Positions 38,557-48,777 of a stretch of 64,000 bases of DNA are shown one piece after another; positions within the stretch are counted from its first letter, which is position 1, and each line of letters opens with the position of its first letter. The translations under genes were made by a program, and so were the position numbers. The stretch covers positions 328,575-392,574 of the forward strand of contig CAVWGE010000001.1 in the NCBI GenBank assembly GCA_963754385.1. Reading direction: 5' to 3'. The stretch is from an uncultured Chloroflexia bacterium (lineage in GTDB: Bacteria; Chloroflexota; Dehalococcoidia; GIF9; UBA5629). The notes under the pieces are model-generated. The model worked only from the letters and a program-made list of their open reading frames with translations, was not told the origin of the DNA and searched no databases.

Positions 38557-38630
38557 TCGGGGTGGCCGGATTTGAACCGGCGACCACCTGAACCCCATTC
38601 AGGTGCGCTACCAGGCTGCGCTACACCCCG
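38557..38630 (-). tRNA. tRNA-Pro (anticodon GGG)
   Basis: Minus strand: CGGGGTG-TA-GCGC-AGCCTGGTA-GCGC-A-CCTGA-ATGGGGT-TCAGG-TGGTC-GCCGG-TTCAAAT-CCGGC-CACCCCG-A. The anticodon loop has GGG at positions 34-36. No CCA is encoded. Confidence 0.88.
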
Positions 38631-38649
38631 TGGCTTTGAGTTAGCCAAT

Positions 38650-38678
38650 ATGTTATCATAAGTGGCTAAGTGAGACAA
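38650..38678 (-). promoter_or_regulatory. Candidate promoter for tRNA-Pro (TTGTCT-N17-TAACAT on the minus strand)
   Basis: Reverse complement reads TTGTCTcacttagccacttatgaTAACAT, ending about 20 nt upstream of the tRNA 5' end. Confidence 0.3.
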
Positions 38679-38688
38679 AGTAAGTGTT

Positions 38689-40014
38689 TTGCTTAAGTCA
38701 TATTCACCCAAGAAAGGGACTCAGGCTTTGGCTAAGAAGCATATAAAAACCGAATTGAAACGGCCACCCACTAAGCGTCAATTGTCTAGGTGGCAGCGCC
38801 AGCAACGTATTCAGCGTATCATAGTCATTGTGGGGATCATCTTTTTTGCCTTGGTTGTGGGTTATATCGGCTATGGATATTATAATGAGCAGGTTAAACC
38901 GCTCCATCAGCCTGTGGTTAAAATAAATGATACTGTCTTCGATATGGATTATTACGTAAAATTGCTTGAGCTTTCCACTCGTGGTGAGGATTCTACTGCG
39001 ACCTCGTCTAGGGCAGACGAGCTTATTAACGTCATCGAATCCAGTGAGTTAATAGGGGAGGTGTCTACAGATCTCGGTTTTGGTGTGAGTGCAGACGAAA
39101 TAAATAGCGAGCTTAGAAGTCTGGGGTTTCCTAATGAGAAGGTGTATAGGGATGTGGTTGGTTCTAGACTGCTGGCAACCAGATTACTTCAGAACTACTT
39201 CGACCCGAAAGTGCCGACTGAGTGCGAACAGGTGCAGGTTCAAGCATTATTTGTGGAGAGCACGGATGTAGCTAAGCGGGTGGCAGACAGGCTGGGGGCA
39301 GGAGATAATTTTACTGCACTGGCGAAGGAATATTCGCTGGAACCGATTACTAAGGATAAAGGTGGCGACCTGGGCTGGCTGCCTAAAGATTTTGCGGATA
39401 TATTACTGGGGAACTTGGGTGGGAATTTAGGCAATTCGAAGCTCAAAGACATTCCTTTTAATCTCGAGCCGGGAGTGCTCAGCGAGCCGACTTATGACGG
39501 GTCAGTCACCAAAGGAATAGGTTATTGGCTGGTGGATGTGACGGAAAAGGACGAGGAAAAGGGTATTCATGTTAGAGGCATTCTGTTGGGGAGTCGGCAG
39601 GAGGCAGGAGAGATAAGAGCCAGGATAGAAGCCGGTGAGGATTTTGGTGCTTTGGCTAAGGAATATTCCCAAGATTTAGCGAGCAAGGAGCAGGGGGGTG
39701 ATTTGGGTTGGACTAAAGAAACAGTAATTAGCAGCAGGGTTGTTCTGTCACTTGCTATGCAGCTTGAACCAGGTGTTGTAAGCCAACCGACAGCCGATAA
39801 CTCTGTTCAAACCAAGGGAGGTTATTGGTTGGTTAGAGTTTTAAACAAAGATGAAAATCGGGCGCTAGACGATAATACCAGACAAACGCTGAAAACGAAA
39901 CTTTTTGAAAACTTGCTTAGTGAACAGAGCAAAAAGGACTCGATAGAGACGTATTTGACCGAAGAGCAGAAGTCTTGGGCAGTGGCTCAGGTTCTCAAGA
40001 GCAGAGGGCAATAG
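38689..40014 (+). CDS. Membrane-anchored peptidyl-prolyl cis-trans isomerase with two parvulin (PpiC) domains, SurA/PrsA-like
   Basis: A K/R-rich N-terminal tail, one TM helix (IIVIVGIIFFALVVGYIGY) and two rotamase domains with GGDLGWLPKDF and GGDLGWTKE. The start is uncertain: TTG at 38689 (longest) or TTG at 38728 (better RBS, AAAGGGA). Confidence 0.75.
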   Translation: MLKSYSPKKGTQALAKKHIKTELKRPPTKRQLSRWQRQQRIQRIIVIVGIIFFALVVGYIGYGYYNEQVKPLHQPVVKINDTVFDMDYYVKLLELSTRGEDSTATSSRADELINVIESSELIGEVSTDLGFGVSADEINSELRSLGFPNEKVYRDVVGSRLLATRLLQNYFDPKVPTECEQVQVQALFVESTDVAKRVADRLGAGDNFTALAKEYSLEPITKDKGGDLGWLPKDFADILLGNLGGNLGNSKLKDIPFNLEPGVLSEPTYDGSVTKGIGYWLVDVTEKDEEKGIHVRGILLGSRQEAGEIRARIEAGEDFGALAKEYSQDLASKEQGGDLGWTKETVISSRVVLSLAMQLEPGVVSQPTADNSVQTKGGYWLVRVLNKDENRALDDNTRQTLKTKLFENLLSEQSKKDSIETYLTEEQKSWAVAQVLKSRGQ

Positions 40015-40015
40015 C

Positions 40016-41314
40016 ATGGTAGACAAGCAAATTATTGGTATCGGTTTGATGGGTTTGGGTGTAATTGGTGGTGGCGTGGCCAAGGTCTTGATGGACAAAC
40101 CGGACACGTTGGCAAGAGAAGCAGGCAGCAAACTGGTCTTGAAGAAGGTTTTAGAGCAAGACTTAGCTAAACACGGCTCATTGGGAATGGAGCGTGGTAT
40201 TTTTGTTACTCAGCTTGAGGAGCTAGTTAGCCATCCTGATGTGGATATAGTCGTGGAACTTATTGGTGGTGAATATCCTGCCTTTGAGTATGTAAGAGAA
40301 GCTCTAACTCGCGGCAAGCATGTTGTTACTGCTAATAAAGAAGTTATGTCCAAACACTGGAGCGAGCTTCTGACTGTGGCTCGAGACCATCAAGTAGCTC
40401 TTCGCTATGAAGCTAGTGTTGGTGGTGGTATACCTCTAATTGCTCCATTTCAAGAAGACCTGGCGGCTAATGATATTTCAGCTATTTATGCGATTGTTAA
40501 TGGAACAACTAATTATATTTTGACTCGAATGGCCAAGGAAGGGCTGGATTTTTCTGTGGCTTTGAAAAAGGCTCAGGAGTTAGGCTATGCTGAAGCTGAC
40601 CCAGCCAAGGATATAGAAGGAGTTGATGCTGCCTATAAGCTAGCGATTCTGGCAACTATCGCTTTCGGTACTGAAGTTAAGCCAGAGAATGTATATCATG
40701 AGGGAATTTCACGGCTACAGGCTCGGGATTTCCGCTATGCTCGGGAATTAGGTTATGCCATAAAGCTTTTGGCTATTGCTAAACGATTTGGGGATTCTAT
40801 TGAAGCCCGTGTTCATCCTGTATTTATTCCTGAGGATTCTTTGCTAGCCAAGGTAGATGGCGTTTACAATGCCATTCATGTAGAAGGCGATTTGGTGGGT
40901 AAAGTCATATTTTATGGTGAGGGAGCTGGTCCTAGAGCAACTTCAAGTGCGGTTGTTTCCGATATTATCAAGATAGCTCAGAATATCAACCGTGGAACGA
41001 CTGATATTCCAAAGTTACCTTTTGCAAGCAAACGGACTGTTAAACCTATGGCTGAGATAGAGACTCGATATTATATGAGAATGAGTATTGCTGACCAAGC
41101 AGGTGTTTTGGCGCAAATCTCTAAAGTATTGGGTGACCACGCCATTAGTATTTCCTCGGTAATTCAGAAAGAGACCGACCCATCTACTCAGATTGCTGAG
41201 ATTGTGATAATGACTCATCCAGCTAAAGAGCAAGCAGTCCAGCAGGCCCTCAAGAAAACCGAGCGTTTGACTGTAGTCAAGGAAATCACTAATTTTGTTC
41301 GGGTAGAGGCTTAG
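40016..41314 (+). CDS. hom: Homoserine dehydrogenase with C-terminal ACT domain
   Basis: Starts [19 protein letters not shown] (NAD-binding) and has a C-terminal ACT region. ATG is 1 nt after the upstream stop. Confidence 0.93.
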   Translation: MVDKQIIGIGLMGLGVIGGGVAKVLMDKPDTLAREAGSKLVLKKVLEQDLAKHGSLGMERGIFVTQLEELVSHPDVDIVVELIGGEYPAFEYVREALTRGKHVVTANKEVMSKHWSELLTVARDHQVALRYEASVGGGIPLIAPFQEDLAANDISAIYAIVNGTTNYILTRMAKEGLDFSVALKKAQELGYAEADPAKDIEGVDAAYKLAILATIAFGTEVKPENVYHEGISRLQARDFRYARELGYAIKLLAIAKRFGDSIEARVHPVFIPEDSLLAKVDGVYNAIHVEGDLVGKVIFYGEGAGPRATSSAVVSDIIKIAQNINRGTTDIPKLPFASKRTVKPMAEIETRYYMRMSIADQAGVLAQISKVLGDHAISISSVIQKETDPSTQIAEIVIMTHPAKEQAVQQALKKTERLTVVKEITNFVRVEA

Positions 41315-41322
41315 GAAAGAAA

Positions 41323-42375
41323 ATGGGACGTGGTGTTATAATTAGATACCGTGACTTTCTGCCGATTACCCCGGCTACTCCTTTGATAACGCTGGGTGAG
41401 GGAGATACTCCTCTGGTTAAGTCCGTTGCCCTAGAGCAGGAGCTTGGCTGTGGTGAGCTTTATTTTAAGCTTGAGGGGTGTAATCCCAGTGGCTCTTTCA
41501 AAGATCGTGGCATGGTTGTAGCCATAGCCAAGGCAGTTGAAGACGGCAGTCGCTGTGTTATTTGCGCTTCTACTGGGAATACCAGTGCTTCAGCAGCTGC
41601 TTATGGGGCTAGATTTGGTCTTGATGTTGTAGTTATTGTACCAAAAGGGAAGATAGCCTTAGGGAAGTTGGCTCAGGCTATTGCTTACGGGGCTAAGATC
41701 ATCGCCATACAGGGTAACTTTGACCAGGCTCTCCAGATAGTTCGCAGCCTGGTTCAAAAACATCCGGTTACGCTGGTTAATTCGGTTAATCCATACCGAA
41801 TTGAAGGGCAGAAGACATCAGCTTTTGAGATTGTAGACGATTTGGGTGATGCGCCTGATTATTTCTTTATCCCAGTGGGCAATGCCGGCAATATCACCGC
41901 CTATTGGAAGGGCTTTGTCGAATATAAGCAGGCCGATAAGGCTAGCCGACTCCCCAAGATGATGGGTTTTCAAGCCGAAGGGGCAGCGCCTATAGTCAAG
42001 GGCAAAATTGTCAAAAGGCCAAAAACCTTGGCTACGGCGATTCGAATTGGTAATCCAGCTAGTTGGCAAGGAGCAATAGCTGCTAGGGATCAGTCAGGTG
42101 GGGTGATTGACTGCGTCAGCGATGATGAGATTCTAGCTGCCTATAAGCTTCTGGCGAGGAAGGAAGGGATTTTCGGTGAGCCAGCCTCAGCAGCTTCTGT
42201 GGCTGGTCTTATTAAGATGGCTGGGCAAGGGCTGAAGCTTTCAGGTAAAAAGGTGGTCTGCATTATTACTGGCACCGGGCTAAAAGACCCCACTCTCCCG
42301 GCAAAGTTTGTTGAACCATTCCCAGAACTGCCTGCCGACGTAAGGATAGTTGAACGAACTTTGGGTTGGGCTTGA
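41323..42375 (+). CDS. thrC: Threonine synthase
   Basis: PLP-lysine motif PSGSFKDRG, 350 aa. Confidence 0.93.
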   Translation: MGRGVIIRYRDFLPITPATPLITLGEGDTPLVKSVALEQELGCGELYFKLEGCNPSGSFKDRGMVVAIAKAVEDGSRCVICASTGNTSASAAAYGARFGLDVVVIVPKGKIALGKLAQAIAYGAKIIAIQGNFDQALQIVRSLVQKHPVTLVNSVNPYRIEGQKTSAFEIVDDLGDAPDYFFIPVGNAGNITAYWKGFVEYKQADKASRLPKMMGFQAEGAAPIVKGKIVKRPKTLATAIRIGNPASWQGAIAARDQSGGVIDCVSDDEILAAYKLLARKEGIFGEPASAASVAGLIKMAGQGLKLSGKKVVCIITGTGLKDPTLPAKFVEPFPELPADVRIVERTLGWA

Positions 42376-42429
42376 CCGTGATGACTATAGAAGACACTGG
42401 CGGATAATATAACCAAAGAGGAGACAGCA

Positions 42430-42996
42430 GTGGTTGACTTAGCTAAGATTGAAACAGCAGTACTATCTATAATTGAGGCTATCGGCGATGACCCTCGAAG
42501 GGAAGGGTTGCAGGGTACGCCACAACGGATTTCTGAGATGTATGCTGAGATTTTTTCCGGGTTGGATATGGATGCCAGAGCAGAATTAACTGTAGGTTTT
42601 GAAGTGGGGCATCGTGAGATGGTGATTTTGAAGGATATCCCCTTTCACTCTATGTGTGAGCATCATCTCCTGCCATTTTATGGTGTAGTTCATGTCGGCT
42701 ATATTCCTAATAAAGAGGGACGAGTTGTTGGGGTGAGCAAGTTGGCGCGAGTGGTAGAGGTATTCGCCAAGCGTCCCCAGTTACAGGAGAGGATGACATC
42801 GCAGATTGCTGATGCTATTCTCGAGGCTTTGCAGCCAGATGGTGTTGCTGTGGTCGTTCAAGCAGAACACCTGTGTATGACGATGCGTGGCATCAAGAAG
42901 CCGGGAAGCAATGTTCTTACCTCGGCAACTAGAGGGCTTTTTCGGACTCGGGCGGCAACGCGCGCTGAGTTTCTGTCTTTAGTCCAGGGTAAATAA
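42430..42996 (+). CDS. folE: GTP cyclohydrolase I
   Basis: Carries [21 protein letters not shown] (the zinc site) and QERMT. GTG start follows an AGAGGAGA RBS. Confidence 0.93.
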   Translation: MVDLAKIETAVLSIIEAIGDDPRREGLQGTPQRISEMYAEIFSGLDMDARAELTVGFEVGHREMVILKDIPFHSMCEHHLLPFYGVVHVGYIPNKEGRVVGVSKLARVVEVFAKRPQLQERMTSQIADAILEALQPDGVAVVVQAEHLCMTMRGIKKPGSNVLTSATRGLFRTRAATRAEFLSLVQGK

Positions 42997-42999
42997 GTT

Positions 43000-44235
43000 C
43001 TACTCGTGGCGCAGGGATTCAATTGGGTCGAGTCTAGCAGCTCTATAGGCGGGGTAAATGCCAGAAGCTAGCCCTACAAATACTGCCACAGAGATGGCAA
43101 TGATTACGATGTCAAGTGACATGGGAGCTTTGACGGGGTATGGTCCAAGTTGTACTCCGGTAACCGCCCAGGTTCCCAGCGCAGCTATAGTAAGGCCGAT
43201 TATCCCACCGGTAAGACTAAGCATAGCCGATTCTACCAGGAACTGACGAAGAATATCCCTTCGTTTGGCACCCACGGCTTTTCGGATGCCGATTTCCCGT
43301 GTGCGTTCGGTTACTGAGACTAGCATTATGTTCATGATGCCGATGCCGCCGACAAGGAGAGAGATAGCTCCAACACTGCCCAGGAATACTTGCATAATGC
43401 CGAGCACTTGACGCATCCGATTGAGGATTTCCTGCATATCGATGACGGTGAAGTCGTCATCCTCATTTTCTCTGATATGATGCCGCTGACGCAAGATGGC
43501 AGTAACATCTTCCCTGGCGGCATCTATTTGGTCGGTACTCATTGCCTTAACAGCGATAGTCTGGATAGGCCGCCCCCGTGCGGTTGTTTCACCTAGCAGT
43601 CTCGCCTGCATTGTGGTTATGGGGATCATGATGAAGTCATCCGCAGAGCCTATAAAACCGCCTTTCTTCTCAAAAACGCCGATGACCCCGAACTGAGTTC
43701 CGCCTATCCTGATGGTTTTGCCTAACGGACTTTCCGTTTTAAAGAGGTCCGTGGCTGTCTTACTCCCAAGTACAGCGACCCTGGCTCCTCTCTTTACATC
43801 CTGCTCAGAAATGGATTCACCTTCGGCCACGGTATAGCTAATAATTTGTGAAATTTCGGGCGTAGTACCCATGATATCAACATTAGTGTTTTCATTGCCG
43901 TAAACAACTTTGGCTAATTTTTCTGATATGGGAGCAACCAAGGCTACAGATGGGGCACGGTTGGGATTAGCTAGAGCTTCGGCATCTTCGAGAGTGATAC
44001 TTCCCGTAGCTCCTGACATTCCCTGTGTCATGCTGCTTGCGCTGGTGATGTAGATGGCATTAGCGCCCATGCTCTCGAAGATGCCCGTGATATTGGCTTC
44101 ATGTCCCCTGCCAAACGATACCAGGAAGACTACAGCGCTGACGCCAATTACGATGCCAAGTATGGTCAGGCTAGACCGCATCTTGTTAGTGTATAGGACT
44201 TGCCATGAACTGATAATGCTTTCCCAGAGGTTCAT
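43000..44235 (-). CDS. ABC transporter permease, MacB/FtsX family, with a large extracytoplasmic domain
   Basis: A 411-aa protein with an N-terminal TM helix, a MacB-type periplasmic domain and a C-terminal FtsX 3-TM bundle. 4-nt overlap with the ATPase gene. Confidence 0.88.
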   Translation of the reverse strand: MNLWESIISSWQVLYTNKMRSSLTILGIVIGVSAVVFLVSFGRGHEANITGIFESMGANAIYITSASSMTQGMSGATGSITLEDAEALANPNRAPSVALVAPISEKLAKVVYGNENTNVDIMGTTPEISQIISYTVAEGESISEQDVKRGARVAVLGSKTATDLFKTESPLGKTIRIGGTQFGVIGVFEKKGGFIGSADDFIMIPITTMQARLLGETTARGRPIQTIAVKAMSTDQIDAAREDVTAILRQRHHIRENEDDDFTVIDMQEILNRMRQVLGIMQVFLGSVGAISLLVGGIGIMNIMLVSVTERTREIGIRKAVGAKRRDILRQFLVESAMLSLTGGIIGLTIAALGTWAVTGVQLGPYPVKAPMSLDIVIIAISVAVFVGLASGIYPAYRAARLDPIESLRHE

Positions 44236-44900
44236 CTCTTTTTCTCACTAACAATCTTACCATCTCTAAGATAAATCGTGCGTTGTGTATAGGCAGCGAT
44301 GTCTTCTTCATGAGTGACGAGTACGATAGTGATGCCCTGGCTGTTGAGTCGCTGCAAAAGAAGCATAATGCCTTGGCTTGTCTGTGTGTCCAGATTACCG
44401 GTGGGTTCGTCAGCTAGAATAAGGGACGGGTTGTTGACCAGCGCTCTGGCTATGGCTACCCGCTGCTGCTCGCCGCCAGAGATCTCAGATGGGCGGTGAG
44501 TAGCCCGCTGAGCCATGCCCACTAGTTCCAAAGCTTCAAAAGCACGCTGATGTTTATTGCCGACGCCGCTGTAGACTAGAGGTAGCTCGACATTAGCCAC
44601 AGTCGTGGCCTGGGGTAATAAGTTGAAAGACTGGAAAACGAAGCCTATTTTCTTGTTCCTTATCTCAGCCAGTTGGTCATCATTTAGGCTGCTAACGTCT
44701 GTTCCGTCCAGCATGTATTTTCCAGAGGTTGGTCTGTCCAAACAGCCGATGAGATTCATCAAGGTAGATTTTCCTGAGCCTGATGGTCCCATAATAGAGA
44801 CCATCTCTCCTGTCTCGATGCGACAGTCTACGCCATTCAGGGCAATAACCTCGACATCCCCTAATTTATAGATTTTTACTATACTTTTCAGGTCAATCAT
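44232..44900 (-). CDS. ABC transporter ATP-binding protein, MacB/LolD-type
   Basis: Start at the ATG at 44900 ([14 protein letters not shown]...). The ORF-track extension to 45011 would overlap the upstream gene. Walker [10 protein letters not shown], signature SGGEQQR. Confidence 0.88.
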   Translation of the reverse strand: MIDLKSIVKIYKLGDVEVIALNGVDCRIETGEMVSIMGPSGSGKSTLMNLIGCLDRPTSGKYMLDGTDVSSLNDDQLAEIRNKKIGFVFQSFNLLPQATTVANVELPLVYSGVGNKHQRAFEALELVGMAQRATHRPSEISGGEQQRVAIARALVNNPSLILADEPTGNLDTQTSQGIMLLLQRLNSQGITIVLVTHEEDIAAYTQRTIYLRDGKIVSEKKR

Positions 44901-44952
44901 TGCTGTTACAGGTAATAAAGTAACTCTATGCCATTTAGGATGGTGACTATTC

Positions 44953-46725
44953 TCAGAAAGATGTGGGCACTCGACCACGAGTTGCCTCGACGATAATTTT
45001 TTCTCCCTCACTGAGCCCTGAGATTACCTCGCTGAACTGGTCGTTCTGAGCGCCTAAGACAACCGGTCTTTTTTCGGTTGTCATTGTTTTCTCGTCCAGT
45101 ATTACTTCCACCCAGTAGTTTCCCGGAGAGCCTTTGATAGACCGGTTGGGTACCAATAGCACATCTTCATGTTTTTCCACAATTATGTCAGCGGTTGCGG
45201 TCAAGCCTCCTTTAAGCTCTACTTCAGCGGGCTCAATGGAGATTTTAACTGGGAATTCTACAACTCCGGCTGTCTGCGTACCAAAAGGTGAGATGAAGGT
45301 CACCTTGCCTTTCAACTCTACATTGGGCAGGGCGTCCACAGTTATAATGGCTTCCTGTCCTACTTTGACTTTGTAAATATCTACCTCATCCATTACCCCA
45401 TCCATCTCCACCGTGCTGGTGTCTACCAGGTGAACTGCGGTCTTGGATGAATAGTCGAAAGAGGAAAGCTGGTCGTTTTCTTTCACGCCGATATCAACCA
45501 CGGTGCCATCGAATGGCGCCAGTATTTCAGTTTTCATAAGCTCGTCCTTATACCGCTTTAAGTCTAGTTCGGCGATTTGTAAATTTAAGTTGTAGCCCCT
45601 CAAGGCTTTCAGGTTAACTCCACTTCGAAAAATCAGCTCGTTGTTCTCGAGTATCGTTTGGCTCATATCCACATCATGCTGAGCCATGCGCAGCAGCGTG
45701 GCCAGTTCCAATGCGTTACAACTATTTTCATCTTTGCATGCCTGTATCTTTTGCAGCTCCTCTTCAACTTGCTTCAGCCAATCAAGTGTGGTTGAGGTAT
45801 CTGGATAGGGTAGTGGCATTAAGCCTGTTGCTGACATTTCATAATAATATGGTGTAGGGTTGTAGTTAGGGATAGTAGGATTAGGCTGGTAAAGAGGGTT
45901 AGGGACCAGATTCTGTGTCGTCACTTGCCCACAACACTCTCCGATTCTTTGTGATACTATTATCCTGCCGCTCAGACTTTTGACCAGAATATGAGTTTCG
46001 TTCAACTTATCTTGTTCGGTATTCAATTTAGCCTTAGCATCGTCATAGCTTCCCTGCTTAATGAGCGTTTGCATTTCGGCTAATCTTGCCAGGTCTTCTT
46101 CCAGTAGCTTTATTGCCTTAGAGATATCGGGATAGTTGTCGACCTGCATATACGGGATTTCACCCTGTCTCTGCAGGGACATAGCTATTTCCGGAACATT
46201 GAACATTTTGTAGCTTGCATCAAGGTCATGCTGAGCCAGGCGTAGTTCAGCTGCAGCCTCTTGATATCCTCCTTGCTCGAGGAATTTTTGTGCCTGTCCC
46301 AGCTCACCTTGAGCCTGTTCCACACAAAGGACGGTGCTGGCATCAGGATACATTTCAGGGTAGCCCATTAGTGCCGGGTGTATCTTTTCCACCAGTTCAT
46401 TCATAGCTAACTCTACATTATACTGAGCTGAGGCTATGGCTAGCTTTTGAGTTGTATCATCCAGCTTGGCTAATAGTGTACCCTCTTTGACCTTCTGTCC
46501 CTCAACTACGAAAATCTCCTTTACCGTACCAGGAGTGCCAAATTTCAATGCAACTTGGCGAGGCATATCCAAATTGCCATCAGCAGAGACAGTGACAGTG
46601 AGGTCGCCAAGTTCCACCGTGGTTATCTGTTTCTCAGTATCCTGTGGAGTACTGCGGCAACCGGCAAAGCCTAGCGTTGACATAATTATAAGAAGGATAA
46701 TTGCTGTGATTAATTTGTTCTTCAT
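44953..46725 (-). CDS. Membrane-fusion/periplasmic adaptor lipoprotein (HlyD/MacA family), unusually long at 590 aa with an extended coiled-coil insert
   Basis: Lipoprotein signal MKNKLITAIILLIIMSTLGFAGC. A biotinyl-lipoyl-like N-lobe (VKEGTLLAKLDD) is followed by about 300 aa of helical/coiled-coil sequence, then a beta-barrel/MP domain. Confidence 0.82.
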   Translation of the reverse strand: MKNKLITAIILLIIMSTLGFAGCRSTPQDTEKQITTVELGDLTVTVSADGNLDMPRQVALKFGTPGTVKEIFVVEGQKVKEGTLLAKLDDTTQKLAIASAQYNVELAMNELVEKIHPALMGYPEMYPDASTVLCVEQAQGELGQAQKFLEQGGYQEAAAELRLAQHDLDASYKMFNVPEIAMSLQRQGEIPYMQVDNYPDISKAIKLLEEDLARLAEMQTLIKQGSYDDAKAKLNTEQDKLNETHILVKSLSGRIIVSQRIGECCGQVTTQNLVPNPLYQPNPTIPNYNPTPYYYEMSATGLMPLPYPDTSTTLDWLKQVEEELQKIQACKDENSCNALELATLLRMAQHDVDMSQTILENNELIFRSGVNLKALRGYNLNLQIAELDLKRYKDELMKTEILAPFDGTVVDIGVKENDQLSSFDYSSKTAVHLVDTSTVEMDGVMDEVDIYKVKVGQEAIITVDALPNVELKGKVTFISPFGTQTAGVVEFPVKISIEPAEVELKGGLTATADIIVEKHEDVLLVPNRSIKGSPGNYWVEVILDEKTMTTEKRPVVLGAQNDQFSEVISGLSEGEKIIVEATRGRVPTSF

Positions 46726-47107
46726 TTTAATCGCTCTCCGTTTTATCAGAATGACAGCCGAACGTTATCTTAATGTTGTCCCCGTGCGAAGTCCTTATAA
46801 AATACTTTGTGGTAATCCAAATTCTGTGCCTCTCATCTGCAGGCCGTGTTCAATTTTAACACCGAATCGAGAAATTATAATACTTTCGTAAAAAGTACGC
46901 TATAGTAGTGATTAAAATCGTATATTAACTTACCCTCTTAATCACTCTTCTCCTTAATTCGGACAGGTCTAAAGACCTGCACCTATATTATCTATCTTTT
47001 CTAGGGAGATGGTAAAGGCTCTTGAACAGTCGTAGGGGCTGACCTTCAGGTCTGACTGCTTATAATTGAAACCAGCGTTGTGAAGATGTATTCTATCAAG
47101 CAAACAA

Positions 47108-47791
47108 ATGGAAACTAAAGACGTAATCCCAGAGTTTATTTCACAAGTCAAGGGATTTCTTGCTGAGGAGGAAGGACTGAAGCTATTCGAATTGGCTTCT
47201 GAGGCGTGTTCGCTTGGCCCTTGTCTTGAGGTGGGGAGCTTTTGTGGGAAGTCCACAGTTTATCTCGGTATTGCTTGTAAAATAAAGGGGAAAACGCTTT
47301 TTACCATTGACTACCATCGAGGGTCTGAAGAGCAGCAACCCGGACAAACATACTTTGACTCTGACCTTTTAGATAGCAGAACCGGTCTAATTGATAGTTT
47401 TCCAGGTTTTAGAGCTACAATGCAAAAAGCCGGTTTAGAAGAATTTGTTGTGCCTATGATTACCAAATCAAATGTGGCAGCTAGAGATTGGGCTACTCCC
47501 CTGGGTTTGGTTTTCATAGATGGTGGCCATAGTTATGAAGCAGTTATAACAGACTATAGATGCTGGTATCCTCATCTGCTTCCTGGCGGGTTTTTCGTTT
47601 TTCATGATATCTTTTTAGACCCGGCAGATGGTGGACGAGCTCCCTACGAGGTTTATAAGGTGGCGCTGGCTTCAGGACAATTTGAAGAACTGCCGATGAC
47701 GAAGACACTGGGGGTGCTACGGCGTCGCCGATCCATGGTGGTCAAGAAGCAGGCTTGTCGGAGACATGGGTCTGAGCATGTCAGCTGCTAG
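47108..47791 (+). CDS. Class I SAM-dependent methyltransferase (O-methyltransferase family 3/CmcI-like)
   Basis: Carries LEVGSFCGKST (SAM-binding motif I) and FIDGGHSYEAV...GGFFVFHDI. Its 3' end overlaps the convergent 47717..48751 gene by 75 nt. Confidence 0.75.
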   Translation: METKDVIPEFISQVKGFLAEEEGLKLFELASEACSLGPCLEVGSFCGKSTVYLGIACKIKGKTLFTIDYHRGSEEQQPGQTYFDSDLLDSRTGLIDSFPGFRATMQKAGLEEFVVPMITKSNVAARDWATPLGLVFIDGGHSYEAVITDYRCWYPHLLPGGFFVFHDIFLDPADGGRAPYEVYKVALASGQFEELPMTKTLGVLRRRRSMVVKKQACRRHGSEHVSC

Positions 47792-48751
47792 CACTACCGC
47801 TGCTGATGTCCAGGTTGGCTTTTCTTCTGGCCAGATCTCTTTCTTTGGCAGTGCCATGCCATACCAGTAAGCACCGTCATCATCACGCATCTGGTGAACC
47901 CAGTTGAAGACAGTAGCTGAGTGTTCATATTCACCGTGAACTGCCAGGGCAATCGCCAGTTCACTTGTCTCTGCGGCGGTGACCCATTCCTGTTCTAAAC
48001 TACAGAGCGAGCCCAGACCGTTGATGACAAATTTATCCCAGCCGCTGAACAGACGTTGCCTCGCTTCGTTACCATTGATAACACAACACATCGCCGGATA
48101 ATACCAGTCCATGGCAAACGTAGGTTTGTTTTCTTGAGGCGGGTTAAACAGGTATGGCATTTTTTGAAGTGCCTTTGCCAGAGTGATACTTGCCTCTTTC
48201 CAGTCAGTTCTTTCTTCGCCTAGAATTGAAGCAATAGAAAGCGCGCTCTTGATGCTCAAGTATGTCGAACTACAACTGCTTATCAATGCGGTTGGGTATA
48301 TAACACCGGTGCTATCTCTGGCCCAGTAAATCTCGCCGTTAGGTCCTCTCATGCCCAATACGAAATCTATCGCAGCACGGACAGTCGGCCACATTCTATT
48401 GAGAAAAGAGAGCTCGCTGGTTGTCAGGTAATGGTGCCAGACTCCTACTGCAATATAAGAAATGACATGTGATAGCTTGGAGGTATCGAGTGGTTCTCCA
48501 TCCTTGTACGAAGCATGCCAGCTCCCGTCTTCCAGTTGAATTGTGGCGAGCCAGTCATAGGCGCGTTCGGCTTCGGCACGATAGTTGCCGATATCTATCG
48601 CCATAGCATTTTCAACATGAGTCCACGGGTCTGTAATTTCTCCTTGAAGCCAGGGGATTGAACCATCTGCCTGTTGCATAGAAAGGATGGAATTGACTGT
48701 GGGGTCCAGGTATTTTTTTGAGAGGAAATCATCCGAGAGCTTCAGTTTCAT
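47717..48751 (-). CDS. Alpha/alpha-toroid repeat protein (prenyltransferase/squalene-oxidase-like QxxDGSW repeats); function unknown, possibly glycan-related
   Basis: Has the repeats QQADGSIPW, LEDGSWHASY, RGPNGEIYWARD and DDDGAYWYG. Co-directional with, and adjacent to, the two GT4 genes. Confidence 0.65.
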   Translation of the reverse strand: MKLKLSDDFLSKKYLDPTVNSILSMQQADGSIPWLQGEITDPWTHVENAMAIDIGNYRAEAERAYDWLATIQLEDGSWHASYKDGEPLDTSKLSHVISYIAVGVWHHYLTTSELSFLNRMWPTVRAAIDFVLGMRGPNGEIYWARDSTGVIYPTALISSCSSTYLSIKSALSIASILGEERTDWKEASITLAKALQKMPYLFNPPQENKPTFAMDWYYPAMCCVINGNEARQRLFSGWDKFVINGLGSLCSLEQEWVTAAETSELAIALAVHGEYEHSATVFNWVHQMRDDDGAYWYGMALPKKEIWPEEKPTWTSAAVVLAADMLRPMSPTSLLLDHHGSATP

Positions 48752-48777
48752 TTTGAGCCACTCCTTGGATTAAATAT

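Noticed and set aside
38508-38711. 67-aa minus-strand ORF
   Set aside because: It overlaps tRNA-Pro(GGG). It is spurious.
46969-47256. 95-aa minus-strand ORF in the intergenic region between the exporter and the methyltransferase
   Set aside because: It overlaps the methyltransferase start and has no RBS. It is a low-complexity translation.
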